Source of the DNA: Erysipelotrichaceae bacterium
GTDB taxonomy: Bacteria > Bacillota_I > Bacilli_A > Erysipelotrichales > Erysipelotrichaceae
DNA length: 64,000 nt
Direction: 5' to 3'
Assembly: GCA_017550145.1 (NCBI GenBank)
Contig: JAFZQG010000015.1
Location: 73,934 to 137,933 of the forward strand
The notes under the pieces were generated by a model that saw only the letters and a program-made list of their open reading frames with translations, was not told the DNA's origin and ran no database searches. Shown here piece by piece: positions 26,660 to 35,130 of this stretch (within the stretch, counting starts at the first letter, position 1; every line of letters starts with the position of its first letter). A program made the position numbers and the translations under genes.

Positions 26660-27476
26660 GGCTACACTTTTTCTTGTAGCCACCCCAATCGGAAATCTGA
26701 GCGAAGTATCCTCCCGCACACTGGAGGTTTTAAACAGTGTTTCGGTTATCGCGTGTGAAGATACGCGCAATACACTTAAACTGCTCAGCCATTTTGATAT
26801 CCATACCAAGATGATCACCTATCATAACTTCAACGAAAAAGATTCCACCAAAGGTATCATCAGTTTACTGGAAAAGGGTGAAGATGTGGCTCTGGTTTCA
26901 GATGCGGGTTACCCGCTGATTTCCGATCCCGGTTATATCCTGGTCAATGAAGTTATTGAAAAAGGTTTTAATATCACGACCATCTCAGGACCTAATGCGG
27001 GTATAAATGCGCTGGTAGCTTCAGGACTGGAAACAGCTCATTATCTGTTTTACGGTTTTCTGAATGCGAAAGCATCACAGGCTAAAAAGGAACTTGAAGA
27101 ATTAAAGAATTTCCCATATACATTGATCTTCTATGAAGCACCGCATCGTATTGAAAAGACCTTGAAGCTTGCACTCGATGTGCTGGGTGATCGTAAAGCC
27201 TGCCTGGCCAGAGAACTGACCAAACTTCATGAGGAATACCATCGTGGTAAACTTTCAGAACTTTGCGAACTTAGAGATCTGAAAGGCGAGATGGTTCTGA
27301 TCATTGAAGGTTATAAGGAAGAAGATAAAGAAGTAGATCCCGAAGATCTGTTTGATGAAATAGATGAACTGATAGATAAAGGTATGAAAACCAAAGAAGC
27401 TGTAAAGATCATCAGTGAGAAAAACGGCATCTCCAAGAATACCTTATATAATGCTTATCTGAAAAAGGTGGATTAG
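26643..27476 (+). CDS. rsmI: 16S rRNA (cytidine1402-2-prime-O)-methyltransferase
   Basis: GTG start. LFLVATPIGNLSE, ACEDTRNT and YEAPHR motifs. 17-nt overlap with ricT. Confidence 0.92.
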   Translation: MSLNNKATLFLVATPIGNLSEVSSRTLEVLNSVSVIACEDTRNTLKLLSHFDIHTKMITYHNFNEKDSTKGIISLLEKGEDVALVSDAGYPLISDPGYILVNEVIEKGFNITTISGPNAGINALVASGLETAHYLFYGFLNAKASQAKKELEELKNFPYTLIFYEAPHRIEKTLKLALDVLGDRKACLARELTKLHEEYHRGKLSELCELRDLKGEMVLIIEGYKEEDKEVDPEDLFDEIDELIDKGMKTKEAVKIISEKNGISKNTLYNAYLKKVD

Positions 27477-27908
27477 ATGGAATACAGATTCTATGGTGCG
27501 GATGACTGTGATGTCCGACCGATAAACAACGAGTATCCTGATATCAATAATCCCAAAGATCTGTATGATGCATTAAGTGATATCTGGTGTGCAGAAACCT
27601 GCGCTCCAAGAATGCGTAAGGACTGGTCTGAAGAAAACAAGACGCTGGGACAGTGCTCGATTACGGCTTTCTTATGTCAGGATATCTTTGGCGGCAAAGT
27701 CTATGGTGTACCTTTAGGTGATGGCAATTATCACTGCTACAATATTGTCGACGGGAAAAGATTCGATCTTACTTCCGAACAGTTCGAACATAAACTTATC
27801 TATAAATATGAATATGAACAGTTCAGAGAGGAACATTTCTCCAAACAGGAAAAGTACGAACGCTATCTGTATCTTAAAGAAGCGTTAAAGAAAAGACAGG
27901 AAAAATAA
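27477..27908 (+). CDS. YunG-like hypothetical protein
   Basis: 143 aa. WSEENKTLGQCSITAFLCQDIFGG...YHCYNIVDGKRFDLTSEQF resembles the B. subtilis YunG family as recalled. Confidence 0.5.
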   Translation: MEYRFYGADDCDVRPINNEYPDINNPKDLYDALSDIWCAETCAPRMRKDWSEENKTLGQCSITAFLCQDIFGGKVYGVPLGDGNYHCYNIVDGKRFDLTSEQFEHKLIYKYEYEQFREEHFSKQEKYERYLYLKEALKKRQEK

Positions 27909-27938
27909 AAGACATGGTCAGTCATGTCTTTCGTTTTT
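27909..27938 (+). terminator. intrinsic terminator
   Basis: AAGACATG-gtcagt-CATGTCTT hairpin followed by TCGTTTTT. Confidence 0.75.
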
Positions 27939-27940
27939 AA

Positions 27941-28025
27941 TGGTGCACCAGGTGAGACTTGAACTCGCATGGGATGTCCCACACGCCCCTCAAACGTGCG
28001 CGTCTACCTATTCCGCCACTGGTGC
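27941..28025 (-). tRNA. tRNA-Leu (anticodon GAG), CCA encoded
   Basis: 85 nt. Acceptor stem GCACCAG/CTGGTGC plus ACCA, D-arm GGCGGAATAGGTAGACGC, anticodon loop TT-GAG-GG, long variable arm, T-arm GAGTTCAAGTCTC. Confidence 0.93.
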
Positions 28026-28033
28026 GTATCTCT

Positions 28034-28039
28034 ATTATA
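28034..28039 (-). promoter_or_regulatory. TATAAT box 8 nt upstream of the mature tRNA-Leu(GAG) 5-prime end
   Basis: The reverse complement of 28034-28039 is TATAAT. The tRNA starts at 28025. Confidence 0.45.
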
Positions 28040-28105
28040 GAATAAAAAACGAAGAATTAAAAATAATTTTTGTAAAATAAAATCAGAACAAGAGGAGATC
28101 AGATT

Positions 28106-29044
28106 ATGAGTTCATTTAAAGATTTGAGAATTGTCGACAATTTCTATCAGACTTCATCGTTTTTTCCGATGCCGACGATATGTATCAGCACTATCAATCC
28201 TGATGGCAGTCTGAATATCGGATCGTATTCCTTATGCTTCCCGTATTATGTTGCGGGCAAGGACAGATATGCGATGATTCTGGAATGCCGCAACACTTCC
28301 AATACCTGCCGCAATCTGCTCAGAACACACAAATGTGCCCTGAACTTCATTACGGATGAGAAGAAGTATTTCAAGGAAGCTGTCAGGCTGGGCTTCCCGG
28401 GACCGAGTGAAGAGAAGATGAAGGAACCGTTACTGTTCAAGATGGAAGACGGTCAGGCTGATCCTTCCGACAAAGATCGTCCACAGGTCGTTGCGGATGC
28501 CTATCAGGTCTTTGAATGTACCTGGGCAAGTCAGCTGGAAGACGCTGAAAAGTTTAAAGTCGAAGATATCGATGACGGACATCCGGGTCCATACAACGAT
28601 TTCAACGGCATTACATCCAAATACGGAGCTCACTTTATACTTTACATCGATAAGATCCTGATGAAAGAGAAGTACTATAACTCTATCGTCAATGGTGTAA
28701 ATAAAAATAACTTCCCGCCGGTTCCGGTTGATTACGGATACCGTGATTCAACTAATTTCTGGTATACCCGCTTTCCAAAGCTCACAAAACCGGTAAGCGA
28801 ACCGATCCCGGCTCCTAAAGAAGTCGATCTCGCTTCGATCAGATATGCGGCTGATCGCTGTGATCCAGAGATCAAGTTTACTGATGCGGCACTTAAAAAC
28901 TTCGTAAAAGTTCCGCGTCTTTTCCTAAAAACAGTACTCAACGGCTGCATAGCCTGGGCTAAAGAAAACGGCGTAACTTTGATCGATGATGAACATGTCA
29001 AGATCATCAACGATAAAAGAAACGCCGAAAAGAAGAAAAGATAA
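28106..29044 (+). CDS. flavin-reductase-like (FMN-binding split-barrel) domain protein with a C-terminal extension
   Basis: 312 aa. FFPMPTICISTINPDGSLNIGSYS and CALNF follow the flavin reductase-like domain pattern. SD GAGGAG. Confidence 0.45.
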   Translation: MSSFKDLRIVDNFYQTSSFFPMPTICISTINPDGSLNIGSYSLCFPYYVAGKDRYAMILECRNTSNTCRNLLRTHKCALNFITDEKKYFKEAVRLGFPGPSEEKMKEPLLFKMEDGQADPSDKDRPQVVADAYQVFECTWASQLEDAEKFKVEDIDDGHPGPYNDFNGITSKYGAHFILYIDKILMKEKYYNSIVNGVNKNNFPPVPVDYGYRDSTNFWYTRFPKLTKPVSEPIPAPKEVDLASIRYAADRCDPEIKFTDAALKNFVKVPRLFLKTVLNGCIAWAKENGVTLIDDEHVKIINDKRNAEKKKR

Positions 29045-29051
29045 TAATGAT

Positions 29052-29073
29052 AACACCCGGTTTACCGGGTGTT
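29052..29073. terminator. bidirectional terminator between convergent genes
   Basis: AACACCCGG-ttta-CCGGGTGTT hairpin. Confidence 0.75.
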
Positions 29074-29080
29074 TGTCTTC

Positions 29081-29695
29081 TTATAAAGAGGTTTTGATGT
29101 CAGCCAGCAGACTGCCGAAGGAATCAGACCAGATATACCATTTGCCGTCTGTCGGATCTTCGTAGACCTGGATGCTGCGTTCGCTGTCGGCTCCTTTGAA
29201 ATCACTGACGATTCTATCGACCTTGAGTTCTTTACCATAATAAGTAGAAGTTTGAGGCAGATATGGATATTCTCTGAGGGTAATGGTCAATGGTACTGAT
29301 GGAGTGTATCCGTTATTTGGTGCCGCTCCATCGAAATAAGCATCCGCAATGAATTTCCATTTATTATTCTGCATCATTCTTTCTTTAACGAAGGAACGGG
29401 TAAAGTTGGAATAACTGTTACCGGCAGTAGGAGAATTCATCAGTTCTTTCATCATTTCGGCACACAGATCTTCATTATCCAAAGTCCAGTTCTTATAGGC
29501 ACAGATCAGTAAGGCCATAGTCACAAAACGGCCATTGTCACCTTTGCGGTCAATGGATCTGAATTCAGCTAAATCCTGAGGGATCTTAGGGAAGGTGATA
29601 GAAACCTGCTTAAGATCGACTCTTTCGGTTCCTTCATTGACTTTGCCATCGGAAGCAAGTTTCTGAATGGTTGTTTCTTTGATTGTGATTTGCAT
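29081..29695 (-). CDS. hypothetical protein (204 aa)
   Basis: SD GAGGAAA. 28 nt downstream of the phosphoesterase gene on the same strand. No family recognised. Confidence 0.55.
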   Translation of the reverse strand: MQITIKETTIQKLASDGKVNEGTERVDLKQVSITFPKIPQDLAEFRSIDRKGDNGRFVTMALLICAYKNWTLDNEDLCAEMMKELMNSPTAGNSYSNFTRSFVKERMMQNNKWKFIADAYFDGAAPNNGYTPSVPLTITLREYPYLPQTSTYYGKELKVDRIVSDFKGADSERSIQVYEDPTDGKWYIWSDSFGSLLADIKTSL

Positions 29696-29723
29696 TTAAT
29701 TTTCCTCGGTTTATTGTTTCTGA

Positions 29724-31187
29724 TTATTTGACGGTTATTCTGCCTTCGACATGGGCATCAACATTGTTCATGCCGGAAAGCAGTTCTTCGAAGATCGAGA
29801 AGTCATCGGTAATGACCATACGCGGTTTACGGTTGGCGATTACCTTCTCTAACGGCAGATCGAAGAATTCATCAAAGTTTTTGAAGTGATAGTCCTGAAC
29901 GGCAACTCTGAGCATACGGTTATCATCGATCTCTTCGCCATTGAGCGAGAATTCTTCGAATTCATGATTGGCTCGGTTATAGACCATCTTCAGTCCTTTG
30001 GAGACCTGATAGAACTCGGAGTGTGCTCCTTCTTCGAAGGCTTCATCCCTCAACATGAACTTCATCATGTGTCTGAACTGCGCACCTGATACTTCGATCA
30101 TATAGACCGGAGCGTTGAACGGCAGACATTCCTTTAGTTCCTGGAACTGAACGATCGGTCCGAGTTCCTTTAATCTGATTGAGCCTGAGGCATACAGCAT
30201 GATTTCAAAGCTCGAATCGACCTGTAAGAGGTCCGCAAACAGGTTACCTAATTCGGTTTCCTGATAACGGCTCGGATGAGTCAGTTTACGTTTGAAGTTG
30301 GTGATGATCTTGCTGTATTTGACATCGGTCTTGTCTTTGTATGTTTTTAGGATTTCACCCAAGACAAAGTCCGGCTTGCAGTTTTCGGAGGTGATAGGGA
30401 TCGTCTGCCACTTATAGTCCAGCATCTTATGTTCATCGGTATCGATATTGATATCGAAACGGCCGATCTGGTCAGTTCCGACACCGACCTGAACGATAGG
30501 AATGCCGTTGACGACACACGGTTCTTCTAAGTAAGTATGGGTATGACCGCCGATGATCAGATCGACACCCCAGTTCGGATCCAGAAGTCTTGCCAGTTCC
30601 TGGTCTTTCTCAAATCCGATGTGGGTCAGCAAGACTGTCAGATCGATCTTGGTAGTCTTGTAGTTATCAATGATGACACCGATCTGCTTAGCGGCATCCC
30701 AGACATCGACGAAGGAACCGATGACTTCTTCACTCTTGGTGGAAGCCAGGACTTCTTCGGTTATGACACCGATAAACATGATATTCATGCCGTTGACGTT
30801 GATTATTTCATACGGTTTGAAAAGTCTCGTGTGGTTGGTTTTGACATACATGTTCGCATTGACGATCGGGAACTTGGCACATTTTTCCAAGAAAAGGAGG
30901 TGCGCCAGTCCGTAGTCAACTTCATGGTTGCCTAAGGTTACGATATCCGGTGAAAGGAAATTCATCAGTTCGATCGTGGAGAATCCTTTGTATTCACTGT
31001 CGATGATCGAACCTCTGAACATATCGCCGGCAATCGCATATAGAGTATTCTTTTCTTCTTCACGGACCTGTTTGATAAAGCCGGAAAGTAAGGCGACACC
31101 GCCTTCTTCATAGCCGTCTTTGCTTTCACTCAAAAAGTCACCGTGCATATCGTTTGAATGCAGAAGAACGAGTTTTTCTGTAGCCAT
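29724..31187 (-). CDS. bifunctional metallophosphatase / 5-prime-nucleotidase (UshA/CpdB-like), no signal peptide
   Basis: Calcineurin-like motifs HSNDMHGD, AGDMFRGS, GNHEVDYG, THIG, GGHTH. C-terminal nucleotidase-type domain. SD AGGAGG. Confidence 0.85.
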   Translation of the reverse strand: MATEKLVLLHSNDMHGDFLSESKDGYEEGGVALLSGFIKQVREEEKNTLYAIAGDMFRGSIIDSEYKGFSTIELMNFLSPDIVTLGNHEVDYGLAHLLFLEKCAKFPIVNANMYVKTNHTRLFKPYEIINVNGMNIMFIGVITEEVLASTKSEEVIGSFVDVWDAAKQIGVIIDNYKTTKIDLTVLLTHIGFEKDQELARLLDPNWGVDLIIGGHTHTYLEEPCVVNGIPIVQVGVGTDQIGRFDINIDTDEHKMLDYKWQTIPITSENCKPDFVLGEILKTYKDKTDVKYSKIITNFKRKLTHPSRYQETELGNLFADLLQVDSSFEIMLYASGSIRLKELGPIVQFQELKECLPFNAPVYMIEVSGAQFRHMMKFMLRDEAFEEGAHSEFYQVSKGLKMVYNRANHEFEEFSLNGEEIDDNRMLRVAVQDYHFKNFDEFFDLPLEKVIANRKPRMVITDDFSIFEELLSGMNNVDAHVEGRITVK

Positions 31188-31211
31188 CTGAAACCTCCTG
31201 GATTAATAAAA

Positions 31212-31258
31212 AAAGATATTGCTTATATCTCAATTATAAGGTATCGGGCAATATCTTT
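31212..31258 (-). terminator. 11-bp stem hairpin with large loop and T7 run, downstream of the lipoprotein gene
   Basis: Arms AAAGATATTGC (31212-31222) and GCAATATCTTT (31248-31258). An A7 run on the plus strand gives a T-run on the minus strand. Confidence 0.5.
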
Positions 31259-31267
31259 ATAGATGAA

Positions 31268-32128
31268 TTATTTCCTTAAAAGAGTAGTGATTTCATTCCA
31301 TACGGAGAGAGTCCATTTCTCGGCGCTCTTGACCTCAGTAAGGAAGTTATATTCGCTTGAAGCAGCTTCACCATAGCACTGTTTTACATAGTCACAGGCA
31401 CTGGCAGCCAGGCGGTAAGCCTTTTCCGGAGAATCACCTTTAAGATCTTCGAGGTAATACTGTAAGATCAGTCCGGCTTCATACATGGCGTCCGCATTCT
31501 TCTTGTTTAATTCGGTAACACCGTTCTGGATTGCAGTGTAATTATTATCGATGGTTTCCTTATATACTTCCAGATCATTTTCACTGATTTCTTTAGCCGA
31601 TTTGAGATCATCGGAAATATTTTCTTCCATAGCTTCGTATTCTTCAACAACCTCACTCCAAGGAATAAGTCTATGCTTTTCGACCTGTTGCCACTGTTCG
31701 TCATTCCAGCTGTTTACTTCTTCGATTTCGGCTGTGATCTCATCTTTGATAGCGGCAAAGTCGGATGCTTTACTATAAGCTGCTTCGACAAGATCCTTAA
31801 TTCTTACCGCAAGTTTCGCAAGCTTGTCGGCATAGATCGAATTGTTGCTGCTGGTAAGATACTCCAGTACCGCGGCATTCTGATAAAGTTCTTCAGCCGT
31901 CACTTCTTCGTCTTTTTTGATTCCTGCTGTCAGAGTATCGATCCCGTTTTGCACAGCATAGATAATCTTGAGATAATCGCCTTTTAAGAAAGTGGTGTAT
32001 TCTTCCGCCAGCTTCATGGCCTCACTGTCGTAAGCACTGTATTTTTCTTTAACATCATCCCAGGCCAGGGTAGAACTTCCGCACCCTGCCAGTAACACAC
32101 ACAAGAGCAGTACTAATATCTTTTTCAT
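31268..32128 (-). CDS. lipoprotein of unknown function with an internal helical duplication
   Basis: Start moved to the ATG at 32128 (SD GGAGGG). Signal peptide and lipobox MKKILVLLLCVLLAGCGSS. AVQNGIDTLTAG and AIQNGVTELNKK mark two related halves. Confidence 0.7.
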   Translation of the reverse strand: MKKILVLLLCVLLAGCGSSTLAWDDVKEKYSAYDSEAMKLAEEYTTFLKGDYLKIIYAVQNGIDTLTAGIKKDEEVTAEELYQNAAVLEYLTSSNNSIYADKLAKLAVRIKDLVEAAYSKASDFAAIKDEITAEIEEVNSWNDEQWQQVEKHRLIPWSEVVEEYEAMEENISDDLKSAKEISENDLEVYKETIDNNYTAIQNGVTELNKKNADAMYEAGLILQYYLEDLKGDSPEKAYRLAASACDYVKQCYGEAASSEYNFLTEVKSAEKWTLSVWNEITTLLRK

Positions 32129-32185
32129 GTTGCCCTCCTTTTTTATCTGATTTCTTTCGTCTAAATTATACACTATGTGTAATTT

Positions 32186-32220
32186 ATTCTTTGAAAAAGA
32201 AAAAGTCCATTCGGACTTTT
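32186..32220 (-). terminator. intrinsic terminator downstream of tRNA-Leu(CAG)
   Basis: AAAAGTCC-attc-GGACTTTT hairpin (32201-32220), followed on the minus strand by TTTTTCTTTTT. Confidence 0.75.
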
Positions 32221-32230
32221 AACTTTGAAG

Positions 32231-32315
32231 TGGTGCACCGAACAGGACTTGAACCTGCACGAGTCGCCCCATATGAACCTGAATCATACGCGTCTGCCAA
32301 TTCCGCCATCGGTGC
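32231..32315 (-). tRNA. tRNA-Leu (anticodon CAG), CCA encoded
   Basis: 85 nt. Acceptor stem GCACCGA/TCGGTGC plus ACCA, D-arm GGCGGAATTGGCAGACGC, anticodon stem-loop TATGA-TT-CAG-GT-TCATA, long variable arm. Confidence 0.93.
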
Positions 32316-32323
32316 ATAACTCG

Positions 32324-32329
32324 ATTATA
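32324..32329 (-). promoter_or_regulatory. TATAAT box 8 nt upstream of the mature tRNA-Leu(CAG) 5-prime end
   Basis: The reverse complement of 32324-32329 is TATAAT. The tRNA starts at 32315. Confidence 0.45.
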
Positions 32330-32376
32330 CTACAAAAAACTTGAAACTGGAACTTATAATGTTAAAATAATTAGGT

Positions 32377-34209
32377 ATGGAATTCAGAAAGATTATAAAT
32401 GTCGCGGTAATCGCGCATGTCGATGCAGGAAAATCAACGCTGGTTGATGCTTTTTTAGCACAGTCACATGTCTTTTCCGATCATGAAGAAATAATCGCCC
32501 AGGTCATGGATTCCAATGATCTGGAAAGAGAAAGAGGCATTACGATCTATTCGAAGAACTGTTCGATCAACTATCTCGATTACAAGATCAACATCGTCGA
32601 TACTCCGGGTCATGCGGATTTCTCCAGCGAAGTCGAACGTATCATCAAGACTGTTGATACCGTAATCCTGCTGGTCGATTCTTCCGAAGGACCGATGCCG
32701 CAGACCAGATTTGTCTTAAAGAAATCTCTGGAAGCCGGTTTAAGACCGATCCTCTTAATAAATAAGATCGATAAGAAAGACGCACGAATCAACGAAGTCA
32801 TCGATGAAGTCTATGATCTCTTCCTTGATTTGAGTGCCAATGATGATCAGCTAGATTTCCCGATCCTTTACGGTATTGCGCGTAACGGTGTCGTCAGATA
32901 CAATCCGGGTGATTCCAATAACGACATCAATCCGTTATTCGAAACCATCGTCAAACATGTCGAACCGTATCCTAATCTGATGGATGAACAGTTACAGATG
33001 CAGGTAAGTGCTCTGGCTTATGACGACTATATCGGCAGGATCGGTGTCGGACGTGTCTATTCAGGTGTCATCAAGCAGAACGAAATGATTTCCGTCTGCA
33101 ACAATAACGGCAAGAAAGAAAACCGCAAGATTGCCAACCTGTACAACTATCAGGGTTTGAAGAGAACGGCGATCAGTGAAGCACAGTGCGGTGATATCGT
33201 CATGATCAGCGGTATCGAGAATATCGAGATCGGTGATACGATCGGTGTGGAAAGTGTCTATGATCCTCTGCCACAGATCGAAATCGAAGAACCGACTCTT
33301 TCCATGAACTTCATGGTCAATACTTCACCGTTCCAGGGCAAATCCGGCAAGTATGTTACCAGCCGTAACATCAAGGAAAGACTCGAGAGAGAACTGGAAG
33401 TCAATGTCGGTTTGAGAGTTGAAACAACTGCAACGACCGATACATTCAAAGTATCAGGACGTGGTGAACTCCATCTGTCTATCCTTCTGGAGAATATGCG
33501 CCGCGAAGGTTATGAAGTAGCAGTCAGCCGTCCGGAAGTTATCTATAAGACGATCGATGGCAAGCTCAATGAACCGGTCGAAGAAGTAATCTGTTCCGTA
33601 CCGAATGAATACTCCGGTACAGTCATCAATAAATTGAATCTGCGTAAAGGCCAGATGGTCGATATCCAGGATGAAGGTTCCTACACCAAGGTCATCTATC
33701 ATGTACCGACCAGAGGATTACTGGGTTATAGAAGTGAGTTCATCAACGACACCAAGGGTGAAGGTGTCATGGTCAGAAAGTTTATTGAATACGAACCATT
33801 CGTAGGTGAAATTCCGCAGCGTGCCAACGGTGCCCTGATCTCCATGGCGTCTGGCAAGGCAATGACTTATGCCTTGTGGAACCTGCAGGAAAGAGGACAG
33901 CTGTTTGTCACACCGCAGACCGAAGTCTATGAAGGTATGATCATCGGTGTCTCATCCAAGACTCAGGATATCGAAGTCAATCCGACCATCAATAAGAAGA
34001 TGACAGCCGTCAGATCTACCGGTAACGATGAAGCGATGAAACTTGTTCCGGCCAGAATCTTCTCGCTTGAAGAAGCACTGGAATTCATCAATGATGATGA
34101 ACTGGTTGAGATCACTCCGGATGCGATACGTTTGAGAAAACGTTATCTGACCAATCTCGACAGACGTCGTCATATGCGAGAAGTCAATAAAGAAGCCAAT
34201 AAGAACTAA
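32377..34209 (+). CDS. typA: translational GTPase TypA/BipA
   Basis: 610 aa. AHVDAGKST, DTPGHADF, NKIDK and an EF-G-like domain layout. Confidence 0.95.
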   Translation: MEFRKIINVAVIAHVDAGKSTLVDAFLAQSHVFSDHEEIIAQVMDSNDLERERGITIYSKNCSINYLDYKINIVDTPGHADFSSEVERIIKTVDTVILLVDSSEGPMPQTRFVLKKSLEAGLRPILLINKIDKKDARINEVIDEVYDLFLDLSANDDQLDFPILYGIARNGVVRYNPGDSNNDINPLFETIVKHVEPYPNLMDEQLQMQVSALAYDDYIGRIGVGRVYSGVIKQNEMISVCNNNGKKENRKIANLYNYQGLKRTAISEAQCGDIVMISGIENIEIGDTIGVESVYDPLPQIEIEEPTLSMNFMVNTSPFQGKSGKYVTSRNIKERLERELEVNVGLRVETTATTDTFKVSGRGELHLSILLENMRREGYEVAVSRPEVIYKTIDGKLNEPVEEVICSVPNEYSGTVINKLNLRKGQMVDIQDEGSYTKVIYHVPTRGLLGYRSEFINDTKGEGVMVRKFIEYEPFVGEIPQRANGALISMASGKAMTYALWNLQERGQLFVTPQTEVYEGMIIGVSSKTQDIEVNPTINKKMTAVRSTGNDEAMKLVPARIFSLEEALEFINDDELVEITPDAIRLRKRYLTNLDRRRHMREVNKEANKN

Positions 34210-34233
34210 TCACACGTAAGTGTGATTTTCTTT
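34209..34233 (+). terminator. intrinsic terminator after typA
   Basis: ATCACAC-gtaa-GTGTGAT hairpin followed by TTTTCTTT. Confidence 0.75.
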
Positions 34234-34242
34234 AAAATACAG

Positions 34243-34248
34243 TACAAT
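34243..34248 (+). promoter_or_regulatory. TACAAT box 6 nt upstream of the U32 gene ATG (possible leaderless start)
   Basis: TACAAT at 34243-34248 and ATG at 34255, with no SD in between. Confidence 0.4.
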
Positions 34249-34254
34249 AAATCT

Positions 34255-35130
34255 ATGGAACTGCTTGTTACACTCAGAAAAATAGAATCATTGGAAAAAT
34301 TCTTGCCTATGGTTGATGGAATCATAACCGGGCAGAGTTTTACTACTGGTTACAAAATGAGTAAAGACGATCTGAGAAAAGCCCGTGCCTACTGTCAGAC
34401 CTTAAACAAGAAATTCTATATCGTCATGGATAACTTCATTACGGAAGATGAAAGAATGATCCTTCTGGAGTATTTCAGTTTTATTGAAGAACTTAATCCC
34501 GATGGCATCTATTTCCATGATCTGGGTATCATCGATGCGGCCAAATCATCCAATATGGCTAGCCGCCTGATCTATGATGGCAAGACCGTATTATGTAATT
34601 CTTTGGATGCGGCTTTCATGCTGAAGAACAATATCGAATCGGTTGTCATCTCAAGAGAACTGACATTAAAGGAAGTCAGCGATATCGTCACTAATCTTAT
34701 GGGAAGAGTAGAGATGCAGATATTCGGTCATTTAAGAATGTCTTATTCCAGAAGAAGATTTCTGACCAACTACTTCAGAGAGATCAATAAGGACTATGAT
34801 TATCTGGGTAAAGAAACTTTAAAACTCGTTGAGGAACAGCGTGACTATGCGATGCCGATCGTGGAAGATGAAAACGGTACTTATATCTATACCGATTTCA
34901 TTCTGGAAATGTTTGAAGAAGTCGTAAAGTTAAGACCATTCCTCAGAAGAGGCATCATTGATACGCTGTTTATCGAAGATGACAATCTGGTAGCGCAGGT
35001 ATGTCGTGATTATAAACGCATTGACGAAAACAATAAACAATTCGTCAGAGAAGCATTCCTGCACAATTATCCTGGTAATTATTCCAAAGGATATCTGTAT
35101 CAGAAGACTAATATTAGCAAAGATGGATAA
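34255..35130 (+). CDS. peptidase U32-family protein, small paralogue (YrrN-like)
   Basis: Start taken at the ATG at 34255, because the track GTG at 34222 lies inside the typA terminator. U32 fold pattern is present, but the Cys-rich signature is replaced by EMQIFGHLRMSYSRRRFLT. Confidence 0.72.
   Translation: MELLVTLRKIESLEKFLPMVDGIITGQSFTTGYKMSKDDLRKARAYCQTLNKKFYIVMDNFITEDERMILLEYFSFIEELNPDGIYFHDLGIIDAAKSSNMASRLIYDGKTVLCNSLDAAFMLKNNIESVVISRELTLKEVSDIVTNLMGRVEMQIFGHLRMSYSRRRFLTNYFREINKDYDYLGKETLKLVEEQRDYAMPIVEDENGTYIYTDFILEMFEEVVKLRPFLRRGIIDTLFIEDDNLVAQVCRDYKRIDENNKQFVREAFLHNYPGNYSKGYLYQKTNISKDG

Noticed and set aside
27941-32315. Interpreting the tRNA-Leu-bracketed segment as an integrated mobile genetic island.
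   Set aside because: I could recognise no integrase, recombinase, phage or conjugation gene, and no direct repeat of a tRNA 3-prime end. It is kept only as a low-interest finding that needs comparative genomics.
35006-35122. The upstream extension of the large U32 ORF. Analogous track extensions occur at 14811-14885, 20364-20381, 58820-58879, 32129-32173 and 34222-34254.
   Set aside because: All these extensions lie inside the preceding gene or inside a terminator and lack an SD. The internal starts give conserved N-termini and typical overlap junctions.
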